This document shows, one piece after another, positions 46,124 through 56,112 of a stretch of DNA of 64,000 nucleotides. Positions within the stretch are counted from its first letter, which is position 1. Each line of letters starts with the position of its first letter. The position numbers and the translations under genes are program-made. The stretch lies in assembly GCA_965661285.1 (NCBI GenBank), contig CBFIDD010000001.1:256001-320000 (forward strand), in the 5' to 3' direction. The DNA comes from Poseidonia sp. (lineage in GTDB: Archaea > Thermoplasmatota > Poseidoniia > Poseidoniales > Poseidoniaceae). Under the pieces are notes generated by a model. It had not been told where the DNA came from, did no database searches, and saw only the letters and a list, made by a program, of their open reading frames with translations.

Positions 46124-47221
46124 TCAAAGGTCGGCGAAAACGTCGTCAAATTCGTCTTCTTCGTCCTCAGGGAACAAATCGTCCAGATCGGAGAGGTCCA
46201 AATCATCCAAGTCGTCATCCTCTGGCTCGTCCTCCACATCAACGGGAGGCACATACATCGGTTGAGCGTTGGCTCGTCGACGAATAGTTCGAGCCAAAGC
46301 CACAACAAAGATCAGGCCGAAAAGAACGGCAGCCCCGATGCTCCCGTACATCACGAGGGTGTCTTTGTCAACCTCTTCCAAGCCGCCGCCAAGTCCGCCA
46401 GCCGTGTTGCTGACCTCGAGTTGAATGGAGATGCTGGTCTCGCTCACGGGGGCTTCGCCATCGTTCTCACTTTCGGCTTGGAAAATAACCTGGAGCCGTT
46501 CCTCAGCGGCCACTTCCGAGGGCGCCCTGATGGTCAATTCGCGCACCGTTGAAACGCCGCCTTCGGTGACGTCTTCAGCCACGAACGTGCCGCTAGGGAA
46601 GGTGAAACCAGCCTGCTCAAGTTCGGCGGCATTGGTGATGGAAACACGAATCTTATCGTCGTCGTTACCGTTGTTTTGGAATTGGAACGTGATGGCGACT
46701 TCATCGCCCTGAGCCATGGTTCGTGTGCTCTTGTCAGAAATGTCAAGGTCCACCATACCAAAGGTCGCTACGTTGAGGTCGCCGTTCACCGTTGCGTTTG
46801 ACGAGAGCCCTTCCGGCCAGTCAAGCATCCCGACATTGGTGACCGTAGCGGTCAAGGTGAATTCGTAGGAGACCTCGGCTGAAAGGCGGGTTTGACCGTT
46901 GAAGGTGACTTTGAAATCTTCTTCTTCATCAGGACCGAGGTCAAAGGAATCCTCCTCCAACATCATGTCGACTTCAAGACCGTCCCACTCCTTTTCGACA
47001 GCGATGGTTTCTTGGAACGAGGAGGGGTTCCTGACGGTGCAGGTGATCTCCACCACGGGTTCACTGAGCGGATGAACATCGAGTTCGGGCTGTTTTTCGT
47101 CGCAGTCGATCTCAACGCCGGGCGCCGTGGGAGCTTGAGCTTGGACAGAGCCTGCGAGACTGCACAGCAAGAGCGCCACCACAACCCATCCAAAGCGGCG
47201 TGAAGCTAGCATGGCCCTCAT
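46124..47221 (-). CDS. Secreted Ig-like surface protein with C-terminal TM
   Basis: Signal peptide after ATG 47221; NNGNDDD motif; TM helix and acidic tail. Confidence 0.75.
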   Translation of the reverse strand: MRAMLASRRFGWVVVALLLCSLAGSVQAQAPTAPGVEIDCDEKQPELDVHPLSEPVVEITCTVRNPSSFQETIAVEKEWDGLEVDMMLEEDSFDLGPDEEEDFKVTFNGQTRLSAEVSYEFTLTATVTNVGMLDWPEGLSSNATVNGDLNVATFGMVDLDISDKSTRTMAQGDEVAITFQFQNNGNDDDKIRVSITNAAELEQAGFTFPSGTFVAEDVTEGGVSTVRELTIRAPSEVAAEERLQVIFQAESENDGEAPVSETSISIQLEVSNTAGGLGGGLEEVDKDTLVMYGSIGAAVLFGLIFVVALARTIRRRANAQPMYVPPVDVEDEPEDDDLDDLDLSDLDDLFPEDEEDEFDDVFADL

Positions 47222-47291
47222 GGTCCCCTGTGGTTTCTCTTTCATCAATGTGATGGGGTGTTGTCGGCAAAAATATGCGTTCATAAACACC

Positions 47292-48161
47292 TCATTCTTC
47301 TCCGTAGACAACGGCCGGCAGGACGCTGTGCGTGTTCCACATGACGTCTTCGTCAACGCCTGCAGCCAGCAATTGTTGGGTCCGTTTCGGCACGGTTTTG
47401 GGGCCCAGCACGGCACCGGGACGACGAGGGTCATCCATGTAATCGGTTTCGAGGAAAAACCCGTTTTTCGCCATGCGATGGGTTTCAACCAACCGTTCCA
47501 AAGCGCCTTTTCCGCACAACACGCTGGGCGTGAGGCCGTGGGTGTGTTCAGCACGAACATCGGGGGGAGAATAATGGCGCACCAGTTTTCTCAAATCCAT
47601 CCCTTGACGAAGCGCTCGACGAGACAAATCGCCGTAGGTGTCCTCTCGCTCGCCTTCCACGTGAAGTTGAAGTGGCAATCCCTCTTGAGCAGCAAGGTGC
47701 ATCGTTTCATCGAGAAGTTGGTTTGAAAGGTCCCAAATTTCGTCCGAAACAGGCCAATGAGGTCGCCCCACCTCGCCGATGGCGTGAGCCTGCCCCTCGT
47801 GGACAAACCCAAGGGCGGCTTCAATGGAATGGCGGTAATTCTCAATCGCACGCTCCTTTCCAGCATCCCCTTCGTTGGAGACCCAGCGCTCGAATTGATG
47901 GGCGAAGGCCGCAGGATGCGGGCCGAGAACGACACGTACGCCAAGGCCAACGTCCTCTCGTACCGACGCCGCCATCCGAATCGTGTCGGCGTAGGCGTTG
48001 CGATGGCCTTCAAAGGTCTCGGGAGGTGCGGAAAAATCAGGGCAGTGAACGAGCACGAGGTCGGTTCCGCCCACGCGCTGAAAAGAGCGTGCTGCATCAA
48101 GGAACAATCCCTTTCGGTTGAGGTGAAAGTGGTTGTCCAAAATCGGACCGTCATAGACCAT
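47292..48161 (-). CDS. TatD family hydrolase (archaeal type)
   Basis: DNHFH, GPHP, IGEVGRPH, QLH, ETDYMDDPRRPGAVLGPKTVP. Confidence 0.9.
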   Translation of the reverse strand: MVYDGPILDNHFHLNRKGLFLDAARSFQRVGGTDLVLVHCPDFSAPPETFEGHRNAYADTIRMAASVREDVGLGVRVVLGPHPAAFAHQFERWVSNEGDAGKERAIENYRHSIEAALGFVHEGQAHAIGEVGRPHWPVSDEIWDLSNQLLDETMHLAAQEGLPLQLHVEGEREDTYGDLSRRALRQGMDLRKLVRHYSPPDVRAEHTHGLTPSVLCGKGALERLVETHRMAKNGFFLETDYMDDPRRPGAVLGPKTVPKRTQQLLAAGVDEDVMWNTHSVLPAVVYGEE

Positions 48162-48170
48162 GGAGTTCCC

Positions 48171-48713
48171 TCAAATTCGGTCGACGAAATAGCCGTTATC
48201 GCTGAACACGCCGTTCCAGTAGACCGCCGCCATGGCCACCATGTTCGGATGACGGGCATCCGCCACGATGCACTTGCCGTTGGGCCAAATCTGAACGGTC
48301 AAGCTGTGTCGGGTGTCGGTCAACGTGGTGCAGCCGAGGCGAGCGTCAAACTCGGCGGCCCCTGAGGGCAGGCTGGCTGGAATGGCCTCCAAATTGAGGG
48401 CTCGGTCGAACTGAAACGACACGACGACGGGGCCCATCTCCGCAACAAGACCGCTGTCGTCCATGCCCATGCGGAGCAGGAGTTCCTTGGCAGCAGCACG
48501 AGCGGCTTCTACACGGTGCGTACCGTGGACAACAATCCTGCCTTCCTCATCGATCACGAGGGTGGCGCGAGGGCGTTCCATGGCTTTGATGACCACGCCG
48601 CTGTTGCGCTGGCCGCCGACTTCAGCGATGACGGTGTCGTGGTTGAGGGGAACAGGGCAGACAAAGCGAACGAGTTGGTTCTCCACGCGAACGTCGATGG
48701 AACCTGTGGCCAT
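48171..48713 (-). CDS. Divergent TATA-binding-protein-like protein
   Basis: 180 aa, two repeats: VEN...PRATLVIDEEGRIVVHG and LNLEAI...VQIWPNGKCIV. Confidence 0.65.
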   Translation of the reverse strand: MATGSIDVRVENQLVRFVCPVPLNHDTVIAEVGGQRNSGVVIKAMERPRATLVIDEEGRIVVHGTHRVEAARAAAKELLLRMGMDDSGLVAEMGPVVVSFQFDRALNLEAIPASLPSGAAEFDARLGCTTLTDTRHSLTVQIWPNGKCIVADARHPNMVAMAAVYWNGVFSDNGYFVDRI

Positions 48714-48714
48714 A

Positions 48715-49518
48715 TCATTCCTCCTCCGTGTCGGTGGTGTGGGTCAATGTTGATGAAATCTCCTCAGGTGATGGGCGTTGATTCAACGCCTCCATCATCG
48801 CCGCGCAATGGGGCAAATGCGCCACCAAGAGAAGGGTCGCATCCTTCCCCACCACGCCACGCAACGTCGCCAGCGCCCCCCGAATGCGAGCGGCATATCG
48901 TGCATTTCGGCGCTGCGCCAGTTCGGGCGTGCTGAGCCATTCAGAGAGTTCCCACCAAGCAGATGCCAAGACGCTTGCCGTGGAGTAGTCCACAGACTGC
49001 CCCTTGGGCGGGGGCTGGGCATTGAAGAGATGATGCTTCACGCTCTTCTTCCATCGTTTGGTGACGCGGACCATTCCCAGCAATTTCTTCCAGTGCGAAA
49101 CCGCCCGTGCCTCCTGGGTCAGGTAGTCGCCCCAATCCTCGTCGTCGGCCAAGGGTTCGATGAAAAACACCGGACGGTTGTGCCGGTCTGCATTGCGTTG
49201 CAGTCGGCGTGGTTCGGGGTCAGGAAAACGCCCACCCTGCAGGTGCTCCAGGGTAGAAATTCCCTCCACGTACTTACCGAACGCCCCGCCCGAGAGCATG
49301 GCGTGGGTGAGGTTCACGCCTTGGGATTCCACTTCGTCCGCTTCTTCCTGAATCCAAAGGTCAACCACATCGGGCGATTCGAGCAGAGCCAATCCGTGCC
49401 ATGCCGTACGAGGCCGCATGGCGTTGGGATAGACCACGGTGGGCATCGTTCCGTGGATGATCACGGTGCCTCCGTCCGGGTCTTCCCAGACCGAATCGGT
49501 CCAATCCTCGGCCGCCAT
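48715..49518 (-). CDS. Hypothetical protein
   Basis: 267 aa; tight operon spacing on both sides. Confidence 0.75.
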   Translation of the reverse strand: MAAEDWTDSVWEDPDGGTVIIHGTMPTVVYPNAMRPRTAWHGLALLESPDVVDLWIQEEADEVESQGVNLTHAMLSGGAFGKYVEGISTLEHLQGGRFPDPEPRRLQRNADRHNRPVFFIEPLADDEDWGDYLTQEARAVSHWKKLLGMVRVTKRWKKSVKHHLFNAQPPPKGQSVDYSTASVLASAWWELSEWLSTPELAQRRNARYAARIRGALATLRGVVGKDATLLLVAHLPHCAAMMEALNQRPSPEEISSTLTHTTDTEEE

Positions 49519-49527
49519 GAAGGTGCC

Positions 49528-52500
49528 TCACTGGTTGTTGACCCAGTCTTGCAGCGACTCAACGGTCCACCCTTGGTCAAAGTAACCCTGGATTTCCTCC
49601 TGCGTCCACTGCGGGAAGGTTTGCATGGCGCGGGCCATTTCCGGATGAACATCAGCAGGAATCTCTGCGAGGACCTTGCTCTCCGTGTATCCGACATCGT
49701 CGTCATCTTCGTATTCATACTCGTCATCGAGCATGGACGCACCGCCACCACGGCGGGCAAGCACGAGAACAAGCGTGCCGAGGACACCGATAACGACCAC
49801 GAGAAGCACCACGATGAGCAACATGTTGCCCGAGTCTTCCTCGGCCTGAACCTTAACGTTGAACACGTCCGCCCATTGGGGTTGCGAACCATCGTAGATG
49901 TTCTCGCTGGTACCGTTGAGGCTGATGGTGTAGTACATGCCCGTGGTCTGGGTGGCGAATGGTGCGAGGGTCACTTCGACCCAATCACTCACTTCCTGGA
50001 TGCCCAGTTCGGGCGTTGCGACCGTGTCTTCCACAACAGGCGTTCCACCGTCGGTGACCGACTTGATGACCAACTCGGCAACGCCGGCCATCGAACCGGT
50101 GTTCTTGACCTTGATTCGCAGTTTCATGCTCTCGCCAACTCGCGGGTCTTCGCTGAGAAGAACGTCTTGAATCTCAAATGTCGCCTTTTCTTCGATGAAG
50201 GTGTACTGTGACTCATGCTGGGCTTGTGCCGTCGAGATGATAGGAAGGATGGACCCGCCCTCTTGAGGTCCTCCACCGAATCGAACGGTCGAACCGGCAG
50301 AGTCAGCGCCGGACACCCAGAACACGAGCGTGGGCTGCTGCGTTTCGTCCACTTCGGCATCGAACACACGTGGTTCACTGTCGGAGAGCGGCCAAAGGTC
50401 CAAGCAGGTGGCCGTTGCGAGATAGCCGCCGTCCAAGGTGCTGAGCGAGAGGGTTTCGGAAGAGGGTTCGAATCCGAAATACTCGGCGTATTCGGACCAT
50501 GGCGTGTAGTCGATGGTGTTGCTGTAGAACATCCAGTTGACCTGGAGGTCGCCGGGGAAGATGGCTTCCTGCTCTTTGATTTGCAATTGAATGTCCACGC
50601 AGTGGTAGTTGGCGGTTGACAACGTGTTGGCGATGATGCGGCCATCTGCACCTGCTGGCAGGGCTCCCTTCTCAGCAAGCCATGTGTTGGACAACACTTC
50701 CGGAGGCGTTCGGTCGACCTTCAACGTGAACTCGCCGCATCCATAGGAGGTCGAGGTAGCACAAAGCGAAGATGTGACATCCACTGCACCGTTTGGCAGA
50801 CTGTAATCTTCTTCAGCATCACATGAATCAGCTTCATCGCTTGGCGGACACAACCTGTAGGTGTACTGATATTCATTGGTGAACACAGGGGCCGTTATGT
50901 TGATGTCGAAAACACCGCCTGAGAAGGTGTGGTAAATGGTCTCACCGGGATACTGGATGTAGCCCTTGCTGCTGTCATCCAAGGCGTCAAGGCGAATGAT
51001 TTCCATGGTCATTTCAATTTCTGGGTTGATGTAGACGCTGTTGTAGATTCCATCTCGGAATGCATACTGACCAGTGAATCGAATTGTATCTCCTGCGTAG
51101 ACGAATCCTTGCCGGACATCGCTGGTGAACGGTTCACTCGCGTCTTCAAACATCGGCGTAACCATGAGGTTGTTGACCTCGTCCGTTCTGAAATCAAGTT
51201 GCATGATATCGGCATAACGCCAAATTTGGATGTAGCGTCCCGGCACACCAGAAAGCATCGTGTAGAGCGGGTTGTCAAGGTCCTGCATCTGCAATTTGGG
51301 TTCGATGTCCTTGCCGTCCATACCGACAATCCCCCAATCGATGCGAATAGGGATGTTGAGGATGAAGTCCGACTCAAACGGGTCGATGAGGGCCGTGCCG
51401 TCCATGGTGAGCATGGTTGGACCCACATCACCGTCGTAAACAATGTCCATGTGTGGGCTGTCTGTCCAGGCCGTCTGATTTCGTGGTGAGTACCAAATCG
51501 TCATGTCGTCTGCTGTTTTATCGAGGTTAAGCTGGAAGAAATCTACGTCTCGCCAACCGTTGTCATCGCTGGCCTCCAAAATCAGGTGGTAGACGTTTCC
51601 GGCATACATGGTCTGGTTCCACGTTCCGTCCCATCGCAATTCGTTGGCGTTCAGGAACGGATTGCCTTTCGAATCCTCGATGAAGAAGTTGCGAATCACC
51701 GGATTCTTTGACGACATGGATACATACGAGACTCGGTCGTTGTCAAATCCGGGTCCACCACCGTCGATGGTGTTCCCTGCGAGATCGTAGCCTTCAATCC
51801 AAATTGAGACCTTGCCTTCGAGTCCTTCGTTTGCAATGTCGTTGTATTGACCGGTGTAGTTGGCCGTTGGTACCTCGCCATCGCCGTTCAACGTGATGAT
51901 GGTGTATTCATTCGCATCGGGGAGACCGTCGCCGTTAGCGTCGTGGTCGTTTTCAACCCAAAGGTGCATGTCCAAGGTTGCGGGTGGGTTTGGTATGTCC
52001 TGACTGGACATTCGAATTTGTTGCGCACTGTTTGGCACGACCCATGTATCATCGAGAAGAGTTCTCCAGTTTGAATCAACATTGGGGTCCGTCCCCGCAC
52101 TCAACACCTGGAGGTCAAGGAGGTTGGGCTCGTAGGTATCGATCATGACGTCAAAGGGGATGGCACACGTCTCGTCAGGGTTGTAAATTGAGGGCGGGCA
52201 GAGCAAATCACCGTCTTCATAACCTCGAAGGGCAAATCGGTAGGTCTCGCTACCAGCTGCGGTACCAAGGTCGACATTCCAGTTGAAATTGCCACCAATC
52301 ACACCCGAGCGATTCGCCACCTCTTCCCATTCCACTGTGATGTTGCCGTCGGTGGTGTTGACATGCTTCAGCTCGAGAACGAGGAAGTAGGAGGTAGGGT
52401 CGGGAGAAACGGTGAGGTCTTCAAGCCGAATTTCACCGACGAGGTTGATTTGTCTTCCAGATTGGGCACCTGTCAGGGCTTGAGGCTGACCAATGCCGTT

Positions 52501-55470
52501 TTGCAGTTCAAAACTGGTGATACCCGCATCGTTCTCGACAGCGTTGCCCACCAAGGGGTCCAACAGGGCCGCATCGGGCAGGCCGTTAACACCGTTGGTT
52601 GCGGTGAGGCCGGCGTAGAGGCGAACGGCAGAGGTATCGTCCCAAGAGGGGTTGACCCTGAAGTGCCAGGTGATTTCCTTCCCGTTGGTGATGTCAACCG
52701 CAGAGGATGTCGCTTCAAGTTGTACGTGGTCGAGATCATCCATTTCAGAGAATCGGGTGAAATCGTTCCATTCAAATCCGAGGGAATTTGCTCCGTATTC
52801 AAACATCAACGAGGCCCCGGAAAGCGCAGCACCCGTCAGTGGATCAACGGTGTGGGTGGTCACGATCTCGTAGATTTCTCCGTTTGGATAAAGGCCGTTC
52901 GGATTATCGGTGATCGTCAGTGAATTGTCATATCCCGTGCTTGAGGAAATGCTCAGGTCGCTGAGAGCGATGCCACCACCGGAACTTGTGGACACAGCGA
53001 TGGGTACCTCGGCTGTTGCTCCACCGGTCCACAACGCAACGCCCTGATTGAGTTCGATGTCAAAACCATCGGCCTCGTTGAGCACCGTTTCGTAATCGTA
53101 AACAATATCCAGGTCAACAAGGTTGAGCGAAGTACCCGATGACGCGTTGGGTGAATCGACCATAAAGCGGAACATCACCCAGTTGCGGCCAAATTCATCT
53201 TGATGGTTACCGGCCACCGAGGGGTTGTTGAGCAACGAATTGATCGCACCTATGAAGTCCATTTGAGGGCTCAGAATTTCCTGTGTGATGGTGGTGCTGT
53301 TTGGCATATCACCCAACACAACGGACTGAGAGCCGGTCATCAATTTCAGTTCAAAACCTTCTTCCGCATCAGAATTGGAATTGATGGAAACCTGGTCCAT
53401 TCCAAAATCAGCAGCCGTTACCTCTGCTCCCTCCGGCAAGAGGAAGAAACCGCCCGTGGCTTGACCGTTGACGCCGAGGGTAAGGGTCGCCTCATCGGCG
53501 GCGAGGTTTACACCGTCAACCGTCCCCGCCACGAAGGTGGTTTGTCGGCCGAACATGTCAAACGCAGGCTCGGCCAAACCAAACTCAACATCCCCGTCGT
53601 TTGCAACATCGATCATCAAATCCTTAGCGTGGTGGGCAAATTCCAAATCAAACCAGATTCCTGCGACATCGCAAGGATTCTGGTAGGACGTAAGGGAGTA
53701 AAATCCGAGGATGGGGTCGTCAAGGACCTTCTTGACGCCGTCTTGAACCGTGATGGGGCTGGATGAGCCGGTTGGCACGATTTCAATATCGGGCGATTCA
53801 CTGCACGAATCTTCGATCATCGGCGTAATGGAGGTGATCGGATGACTGAACTTGCTACGCTCCAACGTGGAAGCGTAGGCCTGTTGCTCAACCAGCGGAA
53901 CGTAAAACATGGGCTCGCCTCCACCCATGGTCTGCCAAACGCCGTTGGAGATCTGTGGGGAACCCGGCATGGTCGCGTTGAACCCGGTCCCCACCCGGGT
54001 TCCGATACTGTAGCCGTGGAACACTGGAGAAGTCAAACGCTCGGGGCCGGAATCGAAATTGAATCTGAATTTGACATTGGGGTAGTCCGATGAATCGATC
54101 TCCCAAAGTTCGATGATGTCGCCCGAAAGCCCGGACATGACCGTTCCGTCTTTGCCCACAACGAGGTTGTCATTCGCATCGAGAACATCCACGGTCAGCG
54201 TTGCGGAAGCCGTTGTTTCTGCTTCCATGGTCAGCACACCATACCCGTTGGGGTGGTTCAGGCCACCGGCGGCCGATGGCAGCATACCGCGGACCGTCAT
54301 GCTTCCGTTTTGGGGAAGAAGTTCTCCCAATCTGAAGTTGTCGACATACCAGCCGGACATGTTGTCATCAACGTTCAGTGCCGTGGAGGCTGTGTGGTCC
54401 ATCACAAACCGGATTTGGACGTAGTCCCCGATGTATTGGTCCAAGTTGACCGCAATGTTGGCCCAGCCGGACGGGTTCTGTGCGGTCGTGGAGGAACCGG
54501 CGATTCCCCAACCCCACTGACTGCTGCTCAACTGCAGCCCATCGCATTGACGATTGATACGATTGTCTTGGTTCCAAGTGGAGCCTGTGCCCTGGGCGTA
54601 ATTTTTCCCGAAGACAAGCCCCGTACTGTTTTGTTGGTCAATGGGCAGATAGTTGAATCCACTGGTGTCGGGTGGGAAGGATCCCGGGACAGGGGAGGAA
54701 CGGATTTGGAGATAGCCGCAATCCCTGAAAATGAGCGAGTTTTGAGCAGAGCCCGTTGAGGTCTCCAGATTCCACCACGAGTCGAAATACGCCGTGCTGC
54801 TCTTGAGGAGCGGATCGACATGGAGTTCGGCTGTCGTCATTCCAAGCGTATAAGGGTCATAGGTCGGGGGCGTGTTTCCATCGGGGTTGTCGTCCGTGTA
54901 GTTGGTGTCGGCGATGTTGGTGCCCCAACATTCCATGCCCGAAGCACAGCCACCCGGCACATCGTTTGGCCCAAGGAAGCCGTGCTCCCAGCCAGGACCG
55001 GTGGAGGGCATCTCTGCGGAGTCGGTTGAATCCGAGAATCCTCCATTGGTCCCCTCAAAGTCTGTTAGGAAACCTTCCGAAACCAACGATACAGGTGTCG
55101 CTTGGCTACCGTCATCGTAAGTGAAGAGTGCCTCGTCCGAGAATTCTGTCAATTTGCTGTTGTAGTCGGGGTTCCACACGCGATAATTCCCGGACCCATC
55201 GAGGTCGGTTTGGGTATCAATTCGGGTTTGGTGGCCATGTTCGACGGCGTTGGTTTTGATTTTCACACTCGCAGAGGTGACCGTCTCGCCGTCCGGGAGG
55301 GCGACCGTACCGTCGACGATGTTTTCGAGCAAGGCGCCTTCGCGGATTTCAACATCGGCCTCGGATGACCCGTCGGCAAAGGTGGTGACATTGGCCGAAG
55401 CCATCGGAGCAAGAAGCATCAGCAGCATGAGGAAAATTGGCGTAGCTTTACGGTGTGATTTGTTTGACAT
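49528..55470 (-). CDS. Giant acidic secreted/surface protein with CARDB-like domain and C-terminal TM
   Basis: About 1980 aa; signal peptide; GWYVD motif; VKNTG CARDB-like domain; TM helix and short cytoplasmic tail. Confidence 0.85.
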   Translation of the reverse strand: MSNKSHRKATPIFLMLLMLLAPMASANVTTFADGSSEADVEIREGALLENIVDGTVALPDGETVTSASVKIKTNAVEHGHQTRIDTQTDLDGSGNYRVWNPDYNSKLTEFSDEALFTYDDGSQATPVSLVSEGFLTDFEGTNGGFSDSTDSAEMPSTGPGWEHGFLGPNDVPGGCASGMECWGTNIADTNYTDDNPDGNTPPTYDPYTLGMTTAELHVDPLLKSSTAYFDSWWNLETSTGSAQNSLIFRDCGYLQIRSSPVPGSFPPDTSGFNYLPIDQQNSTGLVFGKNYAQGTGSTWNQDNRINRQCDGLQLSSSQWGWGIAGSSTTAQNPSGWANIAVNLDQYIGDYVQIRFVMDHTASTALNVDDNMSGWYVDNFRLGELLPQNGSMTVRGMLPSAAGGLNHPNGYGVLTMEAETTASATLTVDVLDANDNLVVGKDGTVMSGLSGDIIELWEIDSSDYPNVKFRFNFDSGPERLTSPVFHGYSIGTRVGTGFNATMPGSPQISNGVWQTMGGGEPMFYVPLVEQQAYASTLERSKFSHPITSITPMIEDSCSESPDIEIVPTGSSSPITVQDGVKKVLDDPILGFYSLTSYQNPCDVAGIWFDLEFAHHAKDLMIDVANDGDVEFGLAEPAFDMFGRQTTFVAGTVDGVNLAADEATLTLGVNGQATGGFFLLPEGAEVTAADFGMDQVSINSNSDAEEGFELKLMTGSQSVVLGDMPNSTTITQEILSPQMDFIGAINSLLNNPSVAGNHQDEFGRNWVMFRFMVDSPNASSGTSLNLVDLDIVYDYETVLNEADGFDIELNQGVALWTGGATAEVPIAVSTSSGGGIALSDLSISSSTGYDNSLTITDNPNGLYPNGEIYEIVTTHTVDPLTGAALSGASLMFEYGANSLGFEWNDFTRFSEMDDLDHVQLEATSSAVDITNGKEITWHFRVNPSWDDTSAVRLYAGLTATNGVNGLPDAALLDPLVGNAVENDAGITSFELQNGIGQPQALTGAQSGRQINLVGEIRLEDLTVSPDPTSYFLVLELKHVNTTDGNITVEWEEVANRSGVIGGNFNWNVDLGTAAGSETYRFALRGYEDGDLLCPPSIYNPDETCAIPFDVMIDTYEPNLLDLQVLSAGTDPNVDSNWRTLLDDTWVVPNSAQQIRMSSQDIPNPPATLDMHLWVENDHDANGDGLPDANEYTIITLNGDGEVPTANYTGQYNDIANEGLEGKVSIWIEGYDLAGNTIDGGGPGFDNDRVSYVSMSSKNPVIRNFFIEDSKGNPFLNANELRWDGTWNQTMYAGNVYHLILEASDDNGWRDVDFFQLNLDKTADDMTIWYSPRNQTAWTDSPHMDIVYDGDVGPTMLTMDGTALIDPFESDFILNIPIRIDWGIVGMDGKDIEPKLQMQDLDNPLYTMLSGVPGRYIQIWRYADIMQLDFRTDEVNNLMVTPMFEDASEPFTSDVRQGFVYAGDTIRFTGQYAFRDGIYNSVYINPEIEMTMEIIRLDALDDSSKGYIQYPGETIYHTFSGGVFDINITAPVFTNEYQYTYRLCPPSDEADSCDAEEDYSLPNGAVDVTSSLCATSTSYGCGEFTLKVDRTPPEVLSNTWLAEKGALPAGADGRIIANTLSTANYHCVDIQLQIKEQEAIFPGDLQVNWMFYSNTIDYTPWSEYAEYFGFEPSSETLSLSTLDGGYLATATCLDLWPLSDSEPRVFDAEVDETQQPTLVFWVSGADSAGSTVRFGGGPQEGGSILPIISTAQAQHESQYTFIEEKATFEIQDVLLSEDPRVGESMKLRIKVKNTGSMAGVAELVIKSVTDGGTPVVEDTVATPELGIQEVSDWVEVTLAPFATQTTGMYYTISLNGTSENIYDGSQPQWADVFNVKVQAEEDSGNMLLIVVLLVVVIGVLGTLVLVLARRGGGASMLDDEYEYEDDDDVGYTESKVLAEIPADVHPEMARAMQTFPQWTQEEIQGYFDQGWTVESLQDWVNNQ

Positions 55471-55601
55471 GGTGTCACCTGCACCTGTGCGAAGGTTTGC
55501 CCCCATAAAATCTCGTCGCTTTCCCGATACCGTACCGTATTCCTCTTCCTTTGCTTACTGTTGTGAACATGAGTTATGAGGGTGGACCTTGTGGAACGAG
55601 C

Positions 55602-56072
55602 ATGGAGCCGTATTCCACCGAACCCGTGACCCTTATCGAGGAGGTGTTTCCACAAGACACGAACGCCTACAACACCCTGTTCGGCGGCCGCCTTCTGTCC
55701 CTGATGGACAAGGCTGGCGGCATCGCATGCGCCAAATTCGCCCATCGCGAATTTGTCACGATTTCCATCGACACGCTGACCTTCATCGCCCCTGCACGGC
55801 AGGGCGATCTTCTCGAGGTTTCAGGGCAAGTGGTGTTCACCAGCAGCCATACGGCGTGCACCAAAGTCACGGCCTACACCATGAGCAAGGCAACGTGGGA
55901 AAAGAGCATCATTTGCGAAGGATACTTCTTTTTCGTGGCCATTGACTCCATGATGCGCCCCATCCCTGTTCCCCAGTTCACGCCACAATCCGAAGAAGAA
56001 AAAGCGGAATGGACCAAGGCGAAAGCCATTCGGGACAACATGTTGGCGCAAAAGGCCAAGCGGGACGCTTGA
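55602..56072 (+). CDS. Hotdog-fold acyl-CoA thioesterase (YciA-like)
   Basis: VFPQDTNAYNTLFGGRLLSLMD, VTISID, FVAID. Confidence 0.9.
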   Translation: MEPYSTEPVTLIEEVFPQDTNAYNTLFGGRLLSLMDKAGGIACAKFAHREFVTISIDTLTFIAPARQGDLLEVSGQVVFTSSHTACTKVTAYTMSKATWEKSIICEGYFFFVAIDSMMRPIPVPQFTPQSEEEKAEWTKAKAIRDNMLAQKAKRDA

Positions 56073-56112
56073 CCACCCATTGCTTCTTCAAGCGCAGCCA
56101 ACTCGCCGGAGC

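Noticed and set aside
47222-47560. N-terminal extension of ORF 46124-47560
   Set aside because: It overlaps the TatD gene; the signal peptide starts at 47221
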